DNA of 64,000 nucleotides from an uncultured Actinomycetes bacterium (GTDB lineage Bacteria > Actinomycetota > UBA4738 > HRBIN12). Below are positions 44,699 to 53,569 of this stretch, piece after piece. A program made the translations under genes and the position numbers. Where the stretch lies: contig CAWBVL010000007.1 of NCBI GenBank assembly GCA_963792215.1, positions 855,710-919,709 of the forward strand. The letters are read 5' to 3'. The notes under the pieces were generated by a model, which was not told the origin of the DNA, did not search any database, and saw only the letters and a list, made by a program, of their open reading frames with translations. Within the stretch, counting starts at the first letter, position 1, and each line of letters begins with the position of its first letter.

Positions 44699-45550
44699 GT
44701 GACCGAACGGATCTGGCGGTGCGGGGATCACGCTCTGAGCCTGGGTGGGCGGACGCTGGTGATGGGCATCGTGAACGTCACGCCGGACTCGTTCAGCGAC
44801 GGCGGGATGTTCGACGACGCGTCAGCGGCGATCGCCCACGGCGCCCAGCTCGCAGGTGAGGGGGCCGACCTGGTCGACATCGGGGGAGAGTCAACGCGTC
44901 CGGGCGCGGAGCCGGTGCCGGCAGCAGAGGAGCGCCGCCGCGTCCTGCCGGTGATCGAGGGATTGCACGCGCAGCTGCCCGACCTGCCCATCAGCATCGA
45001 CACGCGTCACGCGGCGATCGCGACGGACGCCCTTACGGCAGGCGCGTCGGTCGTGAACGACATCTCGGGAGGCGCCGACGAGCAGATGTTGCCGATCGTC
45101 GCGAAGGCCGGCGCCGGCCTCGTGCTGATGCACATGCGCGGCGAGCCGGGCACGATGCAGGACGCGCCCCTCTACGAGGACGTGGTCGCGGAGGTGCACG
45201 AGTACCTGCGCGAGCGCGTCGAGGCGGCGATCTTCGCGGGCGTCGAAGCCGACAGGCTCTGCGTCGACCCGGGTATCGGCTTCGGGAAGACGGTCGACCA
45301 CAACCTGCAGCTGCTGCGCTCGGTCGGCGTGTTCCGTGATCTCGATGCGGCGGTGCTCGTCGGTGCGTCACGCAAGCGGTTCGTCGGCGCCCTGTCGGGC
45401 GCCGACGAACCGCGGGACCGGCTCGAGGGTTCGCTCGCCGCCGCGATCCTCGCGGCGGCGAGCGGCGCCGACATCGTGCGCGTCCACGACGTGCTGGCCA
45501 CCGTTCGCGCGCTCCGCGTCGCCGACGCGATCACCCGAGGCTCCGCGTGA
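44699..45550 (+). CDS. folP: Dihydropteroate synthase
   Basis: 'TLVMGIVNVTPDSFSDGG…LVDIGGESTRPG…VDPGIGFGK'. GTG start at 44699 within the longer track ORF. Confidence 0.85.
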   Translation: MTERIWRCGDHALSLGGRTLVMGIVNVTPDSFSDGGMFDDASAAIAHGAQLAGEGADLVDIGGESTRPGAEPVPAAEERRRVLPVIEGLHAQLPDLPISIDTRHAAIATDALTAGASVVNDISGGADEQMLPIVAKAGAGLVLMHMRGEPGTMQDAPLYEDVVAEVHEYLRERVEAAIFAGVEADRLCVDPGIGFGKTVDHNLQLLRSVGVFRDLDAAVLVGASRKRFVGALSGADEPRDRLEGSLAAAILAAASGADIVRVHDVLATVRALRVADAITRGSA

Positions 45551-46482
45551 ACCGCGCCGACACGTCGGCCGGCGCGCTCGCCTACCACGACGAGGGCAGC
45601 GGTCCGGCCGTCGTGCTGCTGCACGGGTTCCCGCTGTCGTCGTACCTGTGGCGCGGGCTGATCCCCGCGCTCGCGTCGAGGCATCGCGTGATCGCCCCCG
45701 ATCTGCTCGGACTCGGCGCGTCCGACAAGCCGCCTGGGGCGCCGCTCGGTATCCGCGCGCAAGCGGGGTACGTGAGCGAGCTGCTCGCGCAGCTCGAGGT
45801 CGATCGCGTGGCGCTCATCGGGCACTCCACCGGCGGCGGCATCGCACAGCTGCTGGTCGAGCAACGCGACGACGTCGAGGCGCTCGTCCTGATCGACAGC
45901 ATCGCGTTCGACCGATGGCCGACCAGGGCGATCGGTGAGATCCAGGTGGTGCCCGCCGACGATGAGACGCACGATGCGGCCGAGCTCGTCGTGCGCTCGG
46001 CGCTTCGACTCGGGACGGTCGAGGACCAGCTGACCGACGGCGACGTGCGCGCATACCTCGAGCCGTGGAACCCGCCGGCGCCGGTCGACCCGCTCTTCCG
46101 GTTCGCGCGGGCGCTCGACGGCGTCGGCCTCAAGCAGCTCGAACCCGCGATGGCGAACTGGGACCTCCCGACGCTGTTGCTCTGGGGTGAGGAGGACCCG
46201 TTCCATCCGGCGGACATCGCCGAGCGGTTGAACGCGGCGATCCCGTCCTCGGCGCTCGGCCTCGTGCCCGGATGCGGCCACTTCCTGCCGGACGAGGCGC
46301 CCGAGACGGTCTTCCCGATCATGGCGGAGTACCTTCGCGCCAACTACCTGCGGATCCCGCACGGGCACCAGCCGCCCGGGCCGGTCCTTGTCCCCCTCGG
46401 CGGGGTGCCGTACGAGATCGACGACGAAGACGACCCGGAGCCGGTGATCGCGAACGATCAGGAGGTGGGACCGAACGCATGA
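45547..46482 (+). CDS. Alpha/beta-fold hydrolase
   Basis: 'VVLLHGFPLSSYLWRGLIPAL', nucleophile elbow 'LIGHSTGGGIA', C-terminal 'GCGHFLPDEAP'. Overlaps folP stop and folB start. Confidence 0.75.
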   Translation: MNRADTSAGALAYHDEGSGPAVVLLHGFPLSSYLWRGLIPALASRHRVIAPDLLGLGASDKPPGAPLGIRAQAGYVSELLAQLEVDRVALIGHSTGGGIAQLLVEQRDDVEALVLIDSIAFDRWPTRAIGEIQVVPADDETHDAAELVVRSALRLGTVEDQLTDGDVRAYLEPWNPPAPVDPLFRFARALDGVGLKQLEPAMANWDLPTLLLWGEEDPFHPADIAERLNAAIPSSALGLVPGCGHFLPDEAPETVFPIMAEYLRANYLRIPHGHQPPGPVLVPLGGVPYEIDDEDDPEPVIANDQEVGPNA

Positions 46483-46826
46483 GAGCGCGGCTGTTCCTGT
46501 CAGGGATCCGGGGTGAAGGGCATCACGGCGCACGGCCGGGGGAGAAAGACGCGGCCCAGCCGTTCGTCGTCGATCTCGACCTCGAGGTCGAAGTGACCGG
46601 CGACGGCATCGACGGGACCGCGGACTATCGCGGCATCACCGAGGCGGTCCGCACAGTGATCGAGGACGGCTCGTTCGACCTGATCGAGTCGATGGCCGCG
46701 GCGATCGCGGATAGGTGTGTCGCGTTCGAACCGATCGCGCGGGCAACCGTCGTCGTCCACAAGCCGAACGCCGCCACGCGGCTTGAGATCGACGGCGTCG
46801 CGGCTGCGGTCACCCGGCCGGAGTGA
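46479..46826 (+). CDS. folB: Dihydroneopterin aldolase
   Basis: 'RARLFLSGIRGEGHHGARPGEKDAAQPFVVDLDLEV…DYRGI'. ATGA overlap with the hydrolase. Confidence 0.8.
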   Translation: MRARLFLSGIRGEGHHGARPGEKDAAQPFVVDLDLEVEVTGDGIDGTADYRGITEAVRTVIEDGSFDLIESMAAAIADRCVAFEPIARATVVVHKPNAATRLEIDGVAAAVTRPE

Positions 46827-46830
46827 GCCG

Positions 46831-47328
46831 GTGGCGCGGGTCTTCCTCGGGATCGGCGCGAACCTTGGCGACCGGCTCGCGAGCCTGCAGCGCGCGGTCG
46901 ACCTACTGGCCGAGCGCGGCGTTCGCACCGTTGCGTGCTCGCGTGTGTGGGCGACGGCGCCGCTCGCCGGCCCACCCGACCAACCCGAGTTCCTGAATGT
47001 CGTCGTCGAGGTCGATCCCGGCTCGCTCGAGCCCACGGAGGTCCTCGCAGCCGCGAACGCCGTCGAAGCGGAGCTCGGGCGCGTGCGCGAGGTGCGCTGG
47101 GGCCCGCGCACGATCGACATCGATGTGCTGCTCTGGGATGACCTTCGCTCCGATGACCCCGCGCTGACCCTTCCGCATCCTCGGATGCACGAGCGCGCGT
47201 TCGTCGTCCTGCCACTCCTCGACCTCGACCCGGACCCACGGCTGCCCGACGGCCGCCGACTGGTCGAGCTCCCTGCGCCGGCGGGCGAGGCGCGACCGTA
47301 CGCGCCACCGCTCGCCGTACCCGTCTGA
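46831..47328 (+). CDS. folK: 6-hydroxymethyl-7,8-dihydropterin pyrophosphokinase
   Basis: 'VFLGIGANLGDR…RVWATAP…QPEFLNVVVEVD…WGPRTIDIDVLLWDD…LPHPRMHERAFVVLPL'. GTG start. Confidence 0.8.
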   Translation: MARVFLGIGANLGDRLASLQRAVDLLAERGVRTVACSRVWATAPLAGPPDQPEFLNVVVEVDPGSLEPTEVLAAANAVEAELGRVREVRWGPRTIDIDVLLWDDLRSDDPALTLPHPRMHERAFVVLPLLDLDPDPRLPDGRRLVELPAPAGEARPYAPPLAVPV

Positions 47329-47340
47329 TCGGACGAGCCG

Positions 47341-48576
47341 ATGGTGGCCAAGGTGTGCCTGCGCTGCGACTGGTCGGGCACGACGACGTCGTCCGCGTGC
47401 CCACGATGCGGCGCGCCGCTGTACGCGCGCGGGGCCCCAGCTCCGAAAGACGCCGCGCCGTCTGACCACCCGGGATCCGACGACTCGACGCGCCGACCCT
47501 GGCGCGCGTGGATGGCAACGGCCCTCGTCGTCGCGATCGCCGCGGCTGCGTTCGTGACGATCCAGTTCCTCACGCCGTCCCAGCCGCCGCCGCACGCGCT
47601 CGCTTTGACCGGTTTCCAGGGCTATCTCGTCTATGCGGCGCCCGACGAAGGGCAGCAGCGACTGTGGATCTGGGATCTCGCGACCGGCACCGTCCAGCCG
47701 GGGCCGGAGATCCACGCCGCGCCGAGCGCCATCGTGTCGACGTACGCGGTCGAGGACACGTGGATCGGGCTTACGGTGCCGACCGGCATCGGCACGTCGG
47801 CGGCCTCGGTGTTGCGCAGTGCGGACGCCGGCACCGATCCGGTGGAGCTCGGGGAGGGTCAGTTCGTCGCCTGGCCCGACGGGGGCGCGTTCGTCAGCAT
47901 CCTGCGTTCCGACCGGGTGGCGGGGTGCCGCGAACATCTGCAGGTGACCACGGCGTCTCTGGTCACTCGGGTTTCCTTGCGGTCCCTCAACCGGGATGTG
48001 TGCGGGCACGCGATCGGACTCTTGCGCGACGGGACGTTCACGTACGTAACGAGCCGCGGGGGCGCGCTCTCGATCGACCGCGTGAGCGGACATCGGCTGA
48101 CGACGGTCCTGGAGGGCTACGTCCCGCTCGGTGTCTCGGCCAACGGCGACTTCCTCGTCCGAACCCCCGACGGTCGTGCCGGGATGTACTACCCCAGCGC
48201 GCGGTCGCAGGCGGCCACGATGATCTCGCTGCACCACCAGCCGCTCCGCGCGACGCGGCTGCTCGCGTGGAGCACCGACGGCAACATCGCCTACGTCCTC
48301 GGGTCGGTCGGCGGTGTGGCCGGCGTCTACGCGGTCACGGTAGGCCCGAGACCCGAGCCGGGCACGCCGACGCTGATTTTCGGCACGCACAGCCGCCATG
48401 TGTCCGCGTCGATCACATCGACGAACGATCTGTTCTTGCTGACGGGCGGGCTCGTGCGCTTCGTGCACGACGGCTCGTTGGAGAACGCGCTGCCACCGCC
48501 GACGGGCGCACCGGTGCCGAACGGGCCGGTGCTCTGGGTGCTCTCGTTGCCATACTCGCCGTCGGTGACGCCATGA
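47341..48576 (+). CDS. Hypothetical membrane-anchored protein (N-terminal zinc-ribbon, one TM, extracytoplasmic beta-rich domain)
   Basis: 'CLRCDWSGTTTSSACPRCGAPLY' zinc ribbon, then TM 'MATALVVAIAAAAFVTIQFL', then a ~330-aa domain with beta-strand-like periodicity. Confidence 0.5.
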   Translation: MVAKVCLRCDWSGTTTSSACPRCGAPLYARGAPAPKDAAPSDHPGSDDSTRRPWRAWMATALVVAIAAAAFVTIQFLTPSQPPPHALALTGFQGYLVYAAPDEGQQRLWIWDLATGTVQPGPEIHAAPSAIVSTYAVEDTWIGLTVPTGIGTSAASVLRSADAGTDPVELGEGQFVAWPDGGAFVSILRSDRVAGCREHLQVTTASLVTRVSLRSLNRDVCGHAIGLLRDGTFTYVTSRGGALSIDRVSGHRLTTVLEGYVPLGVSANGDFLVRTPDGRAGMYYPSARSQAATMISLHHQPLRATRLLAWSTDGNIAYVLGSVGGVAGVYAVTVGPRPEPGTPTLIFGTHSRHVSASITSTNDLFLLTGGLVRFVHDGSLENALPPPTGAPVPNGPVLWVLSLPYSPSVTP

Positions 48577-49424
48577 AGATCGCGATCGTCGGTGCGGGCA
48601 CGGTGGGAACCGCCGCCGCGGTCCGATGGCGCGACGCCGGTTACACGATCACGGCTGTCTCTGGACGAGCTGCGACATCCGATCGCGCCGCGCGATGGCT
48701 GCCCGGGGTTGAGGTGGTTCCCTTGGCGAACGCGCCGACCGGCGCGGACGTCGTCGTGCTCGCGGTGCCGGACGACACGCTGCCCGAGATCGTGGCGTCG
48801 CTCGTGGGACGGTTCGACCCCGGCTCCTCCGCGCTCCACCTCTCCGGCGCACTCGGGCTCGACGCGCTCCGGCCGTTGGAAGCTGCAGGTATCCGAACCC
48901 TCGCCGTGCATCCGCTCCAGACGTTCGCCGAGGTCGGGGGAGCCATCGAGGCGCTTCCGGGCGCTGCGATCGCCGTCACGGCGCGCAACGACGAGGGAAC
49001 CGCGCTCGGAGACCAGCTGGCGCGCGACCTCGGCGGCCGCCCGTTCCGGCTCGCCGACGAGGATCGCCCGCTGTATCACGCGGCCGCGGTGTTCGCGTCG
49101 AACTACCTGGTCGCCGTGTCGGGGGCGGCGCTCGACCTCTTCACGGCCGCAGGCGTGCCGGATGCCGCCGACGCGATGCACCCCCTCCAGGCGGCGACGC
49201 TCGCCAACGTCCACCGGTTGGGACCGCAGCAGGCGCTGACCGGGCCTGCGGTCCGCGGCGACTCCGGCACGGTCGCACGGAACCTCGACGCGGTGGCCGC
49301 CGCGTCGCCCGCGCTCGTGCCGGCGTACATCGCGTTGTGCCGAGCCGCGATGGACGTCGCGGGCTCCCGGCTGCCCGACGATCGCCGTCGAGCCGTCGAG
49401 GAGGTGCTCGCCCGGTGGAGGTGA
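48573..49424 (+). CDS. Rossmann-fold NAD(P)-binding protein (DUF2520-like) of the pantothenate cluster
   Basis: 'MKIAIVGAGTVGTAAAVRW'. ATGA overlap upstream and TGATG overlap with panC downstream. Same position as the conserved gene upstream of panC in mycobacteria. Confidence 0.6.
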   Translation: MKIAIVGAGTVGTAAAVRWRDAGYTITAVSGRAATSDRAARWLPGVEVVPLANAPTGADVVVLAVPDDTLPEIVASLVGRFDPGSSALHLSGALGLDALRPLEAAGIRTLAVHPLQTFAEVGGAIEALPGAAIAVTARNDEGTALGDQLARDLGGRPFRLADEDRPLYHAAAVFASNYLVAVSGAALDLFTAAGVPDAADAMHPLQAATLANVHRLGPQQALTGPAVRGDSGTVARNLDAVAAASPALVPAYIALCRAAMDVAGSRLPDDRRRAVEEVLARWR

Positions 49425-50275
49425 TGCGTGAGGCTTCGGCGTTCCGCGACGCCACCGACGCCGCGCGCGACGGCGGCGCATCGATCGGGTTCGTCCCGAC
49501 GATGGGTGCGATGCACGAAGGCCATCGATCCCTCCTTCGCGCCGCGCGCGCGCAGACCGATCGTGTCGCGGTCTCGATCTTCGTGAACCCGATGCAGTTC
49601 GAGGACCCCGACGACCTCGCGCGCTATCCGCGCGACGAGGGGAAGGACCTTGCGATGTGCGAGGCGGAGGGAACGGATCTCGTGTGGGCGCCGCCGGTCG
49701 AGGAGGTGTATCCGCTCGGCGTGGAGCTCGCACATCCCGATGCGGGCGAGGTCGGCGACCTGTACGAAGGCGCCGCGCGGCCGGGACACTTCGCGGGCGT
49801 CTTGCTCGTCGTGCACCGGCTGTTCGACGTCGCCGGTCCGTGCACCGCGTTCTTCGGCGAGAAGGACGCCCAACAGCTCTTCTTGGTTCGGCGGATGACG
49901 GATCAGGAACCCGCGCTGGGGGTGACGATCGTCGGCTGTCCGACGCAGCGGGAGCCGGACGGACTTGCGCGCTCTTCGCGGAACGCGGCGCTTGCACCCG
50001 CGGAACGCGAGCAAGCGGCCTGCCTGTTCCTCGCGCTTACGGAGGCGGCGGAACGCGCGCGGTCCGGCGAACGCGACGCGAACGCGCTCGTCGCGGTGAT
50101 GGCCCGCGAGATCGGCGCCACGCCGCTCGCGCGCCTGGACTACGCCGCCGTCGTCGACGAGGCGACGTTCGAGCCGATCGGGGTGCTCGACCGTCCCGCG
50201 CGCGCGATCGTCGCCGCGCGGTTCCCGAGCGCGCGGCTGATCGACAACGTGGCGCTCCCGGAGCCCGCTCCGTGA
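49424..50275 (+). CDS. panC: Pantoate–beta-alanine ligase
   Basis: 'GFVPTMGAMHEGHRSLL', 'VSIFVNPMQF', 'FGEKDAQQ'. Confidence 0.85.
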   Translation: MREASAFRDATDAARDGGASIGFVPTMGAMHEGHRSLLRAARAQTDRVAVSIFVNPMQFEDPDDLARYPRDEGKDLAMCEAEGTDLVWAPPVEEVYPLGVELAHPDAGEVGDLYEGAARPGHFAGVLLVVHRLFDVAGPCTAFFGEKDAQQLFLVRRMTDQEPALGVTIVGCPTQREPDGLARSSRNAALAPAEREQAACLFLALTEAAERARSGERDANALVAVMAREIGATPLARLDYAAVVDEATFEPIGVLDRPARAIVAARFPSARLIDNVALPEPAP

Positions 50276-50733
50276 GCGCCGCGCCGCCGGATCGCGCAAC
50301 GATCGCCGCCGCGGTGATGGACGACCTCGTCACGATCACCCTCGATACCGACGACGACGCGGTCGGTGTGGCGCGGATCGTGGCGACCCGGGCGGGCGTC
50401 TTCGCCGGAGCACCGATCGTCCGCGAGATCATGGGCCGCGTCGCCGTCCGGACGCGGGCGCTCGTCGCCGAGGGTGAGGCCGTCGACCTCGGCATCGCCG
50501 TTCTCGAACTCGGCGGGCCGCTCGCCGCGATCCGTGGCGCCGCGCCGCTCGCCCTGACCTGGGTGACCCGTTGCGGCGCCGTGGCGAGCGGCGCGACCCC
50601 GCCCGAGGCGGGCAACCCCATCGATGCGTACGCCGCGCGGTTGTCGGCGCGGGCCGCGGTCGGCCACGATGAGCCGTCCTTCCGTCTGGAGATCGAGCCA
50701 GACGAAGGATCCGAAGAGAGGACAGAGGGGTAA
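50272..50733 (+). CDS. Hypothetical protein resembling only the N-terminal domain of quinolinate phosphoribosyltransferase (NadC)
   Basis: 'TRAGVFAGAPIVREIMGRV…VRTRALVAEGEAVDLGIAVLELGGPLAAIRGAAPLALTWV' parallels the NadC N-domain 'RENGVFCGKRWVEEVF…[32 protein letters not shown]'. No TIM-barrel catalytic half follows. GTGA overlap with panC; sits where panD is expected. Confidence 0.4.
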   Translation: MSAAPPDRATIAAAVMDDLVTITLDTDDDAVGVARIVATRAGVFAGAPIVREIMGRVAVRTRALVAEGEAVDLGIAVLELGGPLAAIRGAAPLALTWVTRCGAVASGATPPEAGNPIDAYAARLSARAAVGHDEPSFRLEIEPDEGSEERTEG

Positions 50734-50735
50734 CC

Positions 50736-51512
50736 GTGCTGCTCACTGCCGACGTCGGGAACACCGAGATCGTGCTCGGCGTGTTCGACGGCGCGGAGCT
50801 CCGCCACACCTGGCGCTCTTCGACCCATTCCGAGCGCACGTCCGACGAGCTCGCGCTGTTGCTCGCTGGGTTCCTCGAGCACCGCGATCTCGACCTGCGC
50901 AAGGACATCACCGGCATGTGCATCGCGAGCGTCGTGCCCGATGTGACCGGCCAGTTCCGCGAGATGGCGGCCGCCTACCTCACCCACGAGCCCGTGATCG
51001 TCGGTCCCGGTATGAAGACCGGCGTGTCGGTCGTGACCGACAACCCGCGCGAGGTCGGCGCCGACCGGGTGGTCAACACGCTCGCCGCGTTCACGGCGTT
51101 CGGCGGCCCTGCGATCGTCGTCGACTTCGGCACGAGCACGAACTTCGACGTCGTCTCCGAGAGCGGCGAGTTCCTCGGGGGCGTGATCGCGCCCGGGCTG
51201 CAGATCAGCGCCTCCGCGCTCGTCGGGCGCACCGCTCGCCTCACCCGCGTCGACCTGCAGCCGCCGCGGTCGCCGGTCGGCCGATCCACGGTCGAGGCGA
51301 TCCAATCCGGGCTGATCTACGGCACGGCCGGTGAGGTCGATGGCATCGTCGAGCGGATCCGCGACGAGCTCGGCGCGCCCGACGCAACGGTGGTCGCGAC
51401 CGGCGGCCTCGCGCCCGTCGTGATCCCGCACTGCCGCACCGTCGACCGGTACGAGCCCTGGCTCACCCTCGAGGGGCTCCGGCTCGTCTACGAGAAGAAC
51501 GTCGATGCCTGA
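50736..51512 (+). CDS. coaX: Type III pantothenate kinase
   Basis: 'LLTADVGNTEIVLGVF', 'IVVDFGTSTNFDVV', 'TGGLA'. Confidence 0.85.
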   Translation: MLLTADVGNTEIVLGVFDGAELRHTWRSSTHSERTSDELALLLAGFLEHRDLDLRKDITGMCIASVVPDVTGQFREMAAAYLTHEPVIVGPGMKTGVSVVTDNPREVGADRVVNTLAAFTAFGGPAIVVDFGTSTNFDVVSESGEFLGGVIAPGLQISASALVGRTARLTRVDLQPPRSPVGRSTVEAIQSGLIYGTAGEVDGIVERIRDELGAPDATVVATGGLAPVVIPHCRTVDRYEPWLTLEGLRLVYEKNVDA

Positions 51513-53067
51513 GGAGCCGACCGGACGCCCAACGGGGCGGGAAGCCGAGGTGCTCGCGGCGCGCCGCGAGAGCTTGGCCCGCCTGGGCAACCGGCGTGCG
51601 TTCGCGATCACGCTCGCGGACGTGCTCGACGTGTCCGAGCCCACACGCTCCGGCGTCGTGCGCGCTGCGCATCCTGATCTCGCCGCCGACACGCAGACCG
51701 ACGACGTCGTCACCGTCGCGGGTCGTGTCGTGCTGAAGCGCGATATGGGCAAGCTCGTGTTCGCGACGCTCCGCGATCCGGACGGCGACCTCCAGGTCGT
51801 CGTCAACGCCGCGAACCTGCCCGCGGACGACTTCGCGCTGTTCCAAGAGGTGGACCTCGGGGACATCATCGGCGCGACCGGCACCGTCGGCACCACGCGC
51901 AAAGGCGAGCTCAGCGTGTTCGTCACGCGGTGGGCGATGCTCACGAAGGCGCTACGGCCGCTCCCGGAGAAGTGGGCGGGCCTGCAGGATCCGGATCTGC
52001 AACAGCGACGTCGTTACCTCCACCTGATCACCGACGAGGAGCCGCGCAAGCTGTTCCTCGCGCGCGCCGCCGTGCTCAAGACGATCCGCCGGGTGCTCGA
52101 CGAGCGCGGCTTCGTCGAGTTCGAAGGCCCGATGCTGCAGACGATCGCCGGCGGCGCGAACGCGCGCCCGTTCACGACGCATCACTTCGCCCTCGACATG
52201 CCGATGAAGCTCCGCATCTCGCTCGAGCTCTATCTGAAGCGGATGCTCGTCGGCGGTGTCGACCGTGTGTTCGAGCTCGGACGCAACTTCCGCAACGAAG
52301 GCATCGACCGCGACCACAACCCCGAGTTCACGATGCTCGAGGCATACCAGGCCTACGGCGACTACCACTCGATGATGGAGCTGTCGGAGACGTTGGTGCG
52401 CGAATCCTGCCGCACCGTCAACCCGATCCTCGGGCGGCCCGCGGACGACCTCGTGATCCCTGCGCGCGGTCAGATGGTCGACCTGGCCGAGCCGTTCCAG
52501 CGGATCACCGTGCTCGGCTCCGTCTCGGAGGCCGTCGGCGAGGAGGTCACGCTCGACCATCCCGACCTCCGCGGCGTCGCCGCGCGTAACGACGTTCCCG
52601 TCGAACCGGCGTGGGGACCCGGCAAGATCGTGCAGGAGCTGTTCGAGAAGCTCGTCGAGGACACGATCGTGCAGCCGACGTTCGTGTGCGATTTCCCGCG
52701 CGAGGTCTCGCCGCTCGCGCGGCCGCACCGCGAGAACCCCGGGCTCACCGAGCACTTCGACCTGGTCGCCGCGGGCATCGAGCTCGTCACCGCGTTCAGC
52801 GAGCTGACCGACCCCGACGAGCAACGCGCCAAGTTCGAGCTCCAGCAGCAGATGAAGGAGGTGCTCGGCGACGAGACGCACCCGTACGACGAGGAGTTCC
52901 TGCGGGCGCTGGAGCAGGGGATGCCGCCCGCCGGCGGCCTCGGCATGGGCATCGATCGACTCCTGTTGCTGCTCACCGACGCGCAGAGCCTGCGCGACGT
53001 GATCATGTTCCCGGCGCAGCGACCGGAAGGACGGCCGGACGGAGCGTCGGAGGGACAGCCCGAGTAG
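51505..53067 (+). CDS. lysS: Lysyl-tRNA synthetase (class II)
   Basis: Class II motifs 'RNFRNEGIDRDHNPEFTMLEAYQAY', 'GGLGMGIDRLLLLLT'. Overlaps coaX stop. Confidence 0.9.
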   Translation: MPEEPTGRPTGREAEVLAARRESLARLGNRRAFAITLADVLDVSEPTRSGVVRAAHPDLAADTQTDDVVTVAGRVVLKRDMGKLVFATLRDPDGDLQVVVNAANLPADDFALFQEVDLGDIIGATGTVGTTRKGELSVFVTRWAMLTKALRPLPEKWAGLQDPDLQQRRRYLHLITDEEPRKLFLARAAVLKTIRRVLDERGFVEFEGPMLQTIAGGANARPFTTHHFALDMPMKLRISLELYLKRMLVGGVDRVFELGRNFRNEGIDRDHNPEFTMLEAYQAYGDYHSMMELSETLVRESCRTVNPILGRPADDLVIPARGQMVDLAEPFQRITVLGSVSEAVGEEVTLDHPDLRGVAARNDVPVEPAWGPGKIVQELFEKLVEDTIVQPTFVCDFPREVSPLARPHRENPGLTEHFDLVAAGIELVTAFSELTDPDEQRAKFELQQQMKEVLGDETHPYDEEFLRALEQGMPPAGGLGMGIDRLLLLLTDAQSLRDVIMFPAQRPEGRPDGASEGQPE

Positions 53068-53146
53068 GTGACTTGCCCACCAGCCGGTTCGGTGCCAACG
53101 TAACGCCCTGCGCCGGCCCGGCGCCCGACCGACGAGGGGATCCACG

Positions 53147-53569
53147 ATGGACGAGAGCGAGATCGCCAAGCTGTTGAGCTCCGTGCCTCTGTTCGCCCAG
53201 ATCGAGCAGCACGACCTCATGCTCGTCGCCGCGCGCATGAAAGAGGTGCACTTCGAGCCCGGGCGCGTGATCGCCAAGCAGGGCGACTCGGGTGTCGGGT
53301 TCCATCTGATCGTCGAGGGCCAGGCCGAGGTGTCGGGCGAGGGCGTGCCCAGGCACTCGATGGGTGCCGGCGGCTACTTCGGCGAGATCGGTCTGATCGA
53401 CGGCGGCGTGCGCTCCGCGACGGTCAGCGCGGCGACCGATCTGACGACGCTGGCGCTCGTGTCGTGGGACTTCCAGCCGCTGTTGGACAATCCCGTGTTC
53501 GCGAAGGGACTGCTGATGGGGTTGTGCCAACTCGTGCGGGACTATCGGGAGTCCGCGGCCGGCAACTAG
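53147..53569 (+). CDS. Stand-alone cyclic-nucleotide-binding (cNMP/CAP effector) domain protein
   Basis: 'VIAKQGDSGVGFHLIVEGQAEVS…GAGGYFGEIGLIDGGVRSATVSAATDLTTLAL' canonical cNMP-binding fold; no HTH follows. RBS GAGGGGA upstream. Confidence 0.7.
   Translation: MDESEIAKLLSSVPLFAQIEQHDLMLVAARMKEVHFEPGRVIAKQGDSGVGFHLIVEGQAEVSGEGVPRHSMGAGGYFGEIGLIDGGVRSATVSAATDLTTLALVSWDFQPLLDNPVFAKGLLMGLCQLVRDYRESAAGN

Noticed and set aside
50037-51944. 635-aa minus-strand ORF and other long ORFs across the panC–coaX region
   Set aside because: Antisense to confidently identified panC, coaX and lysS; low-complexity Ala/Arg/Ser product.
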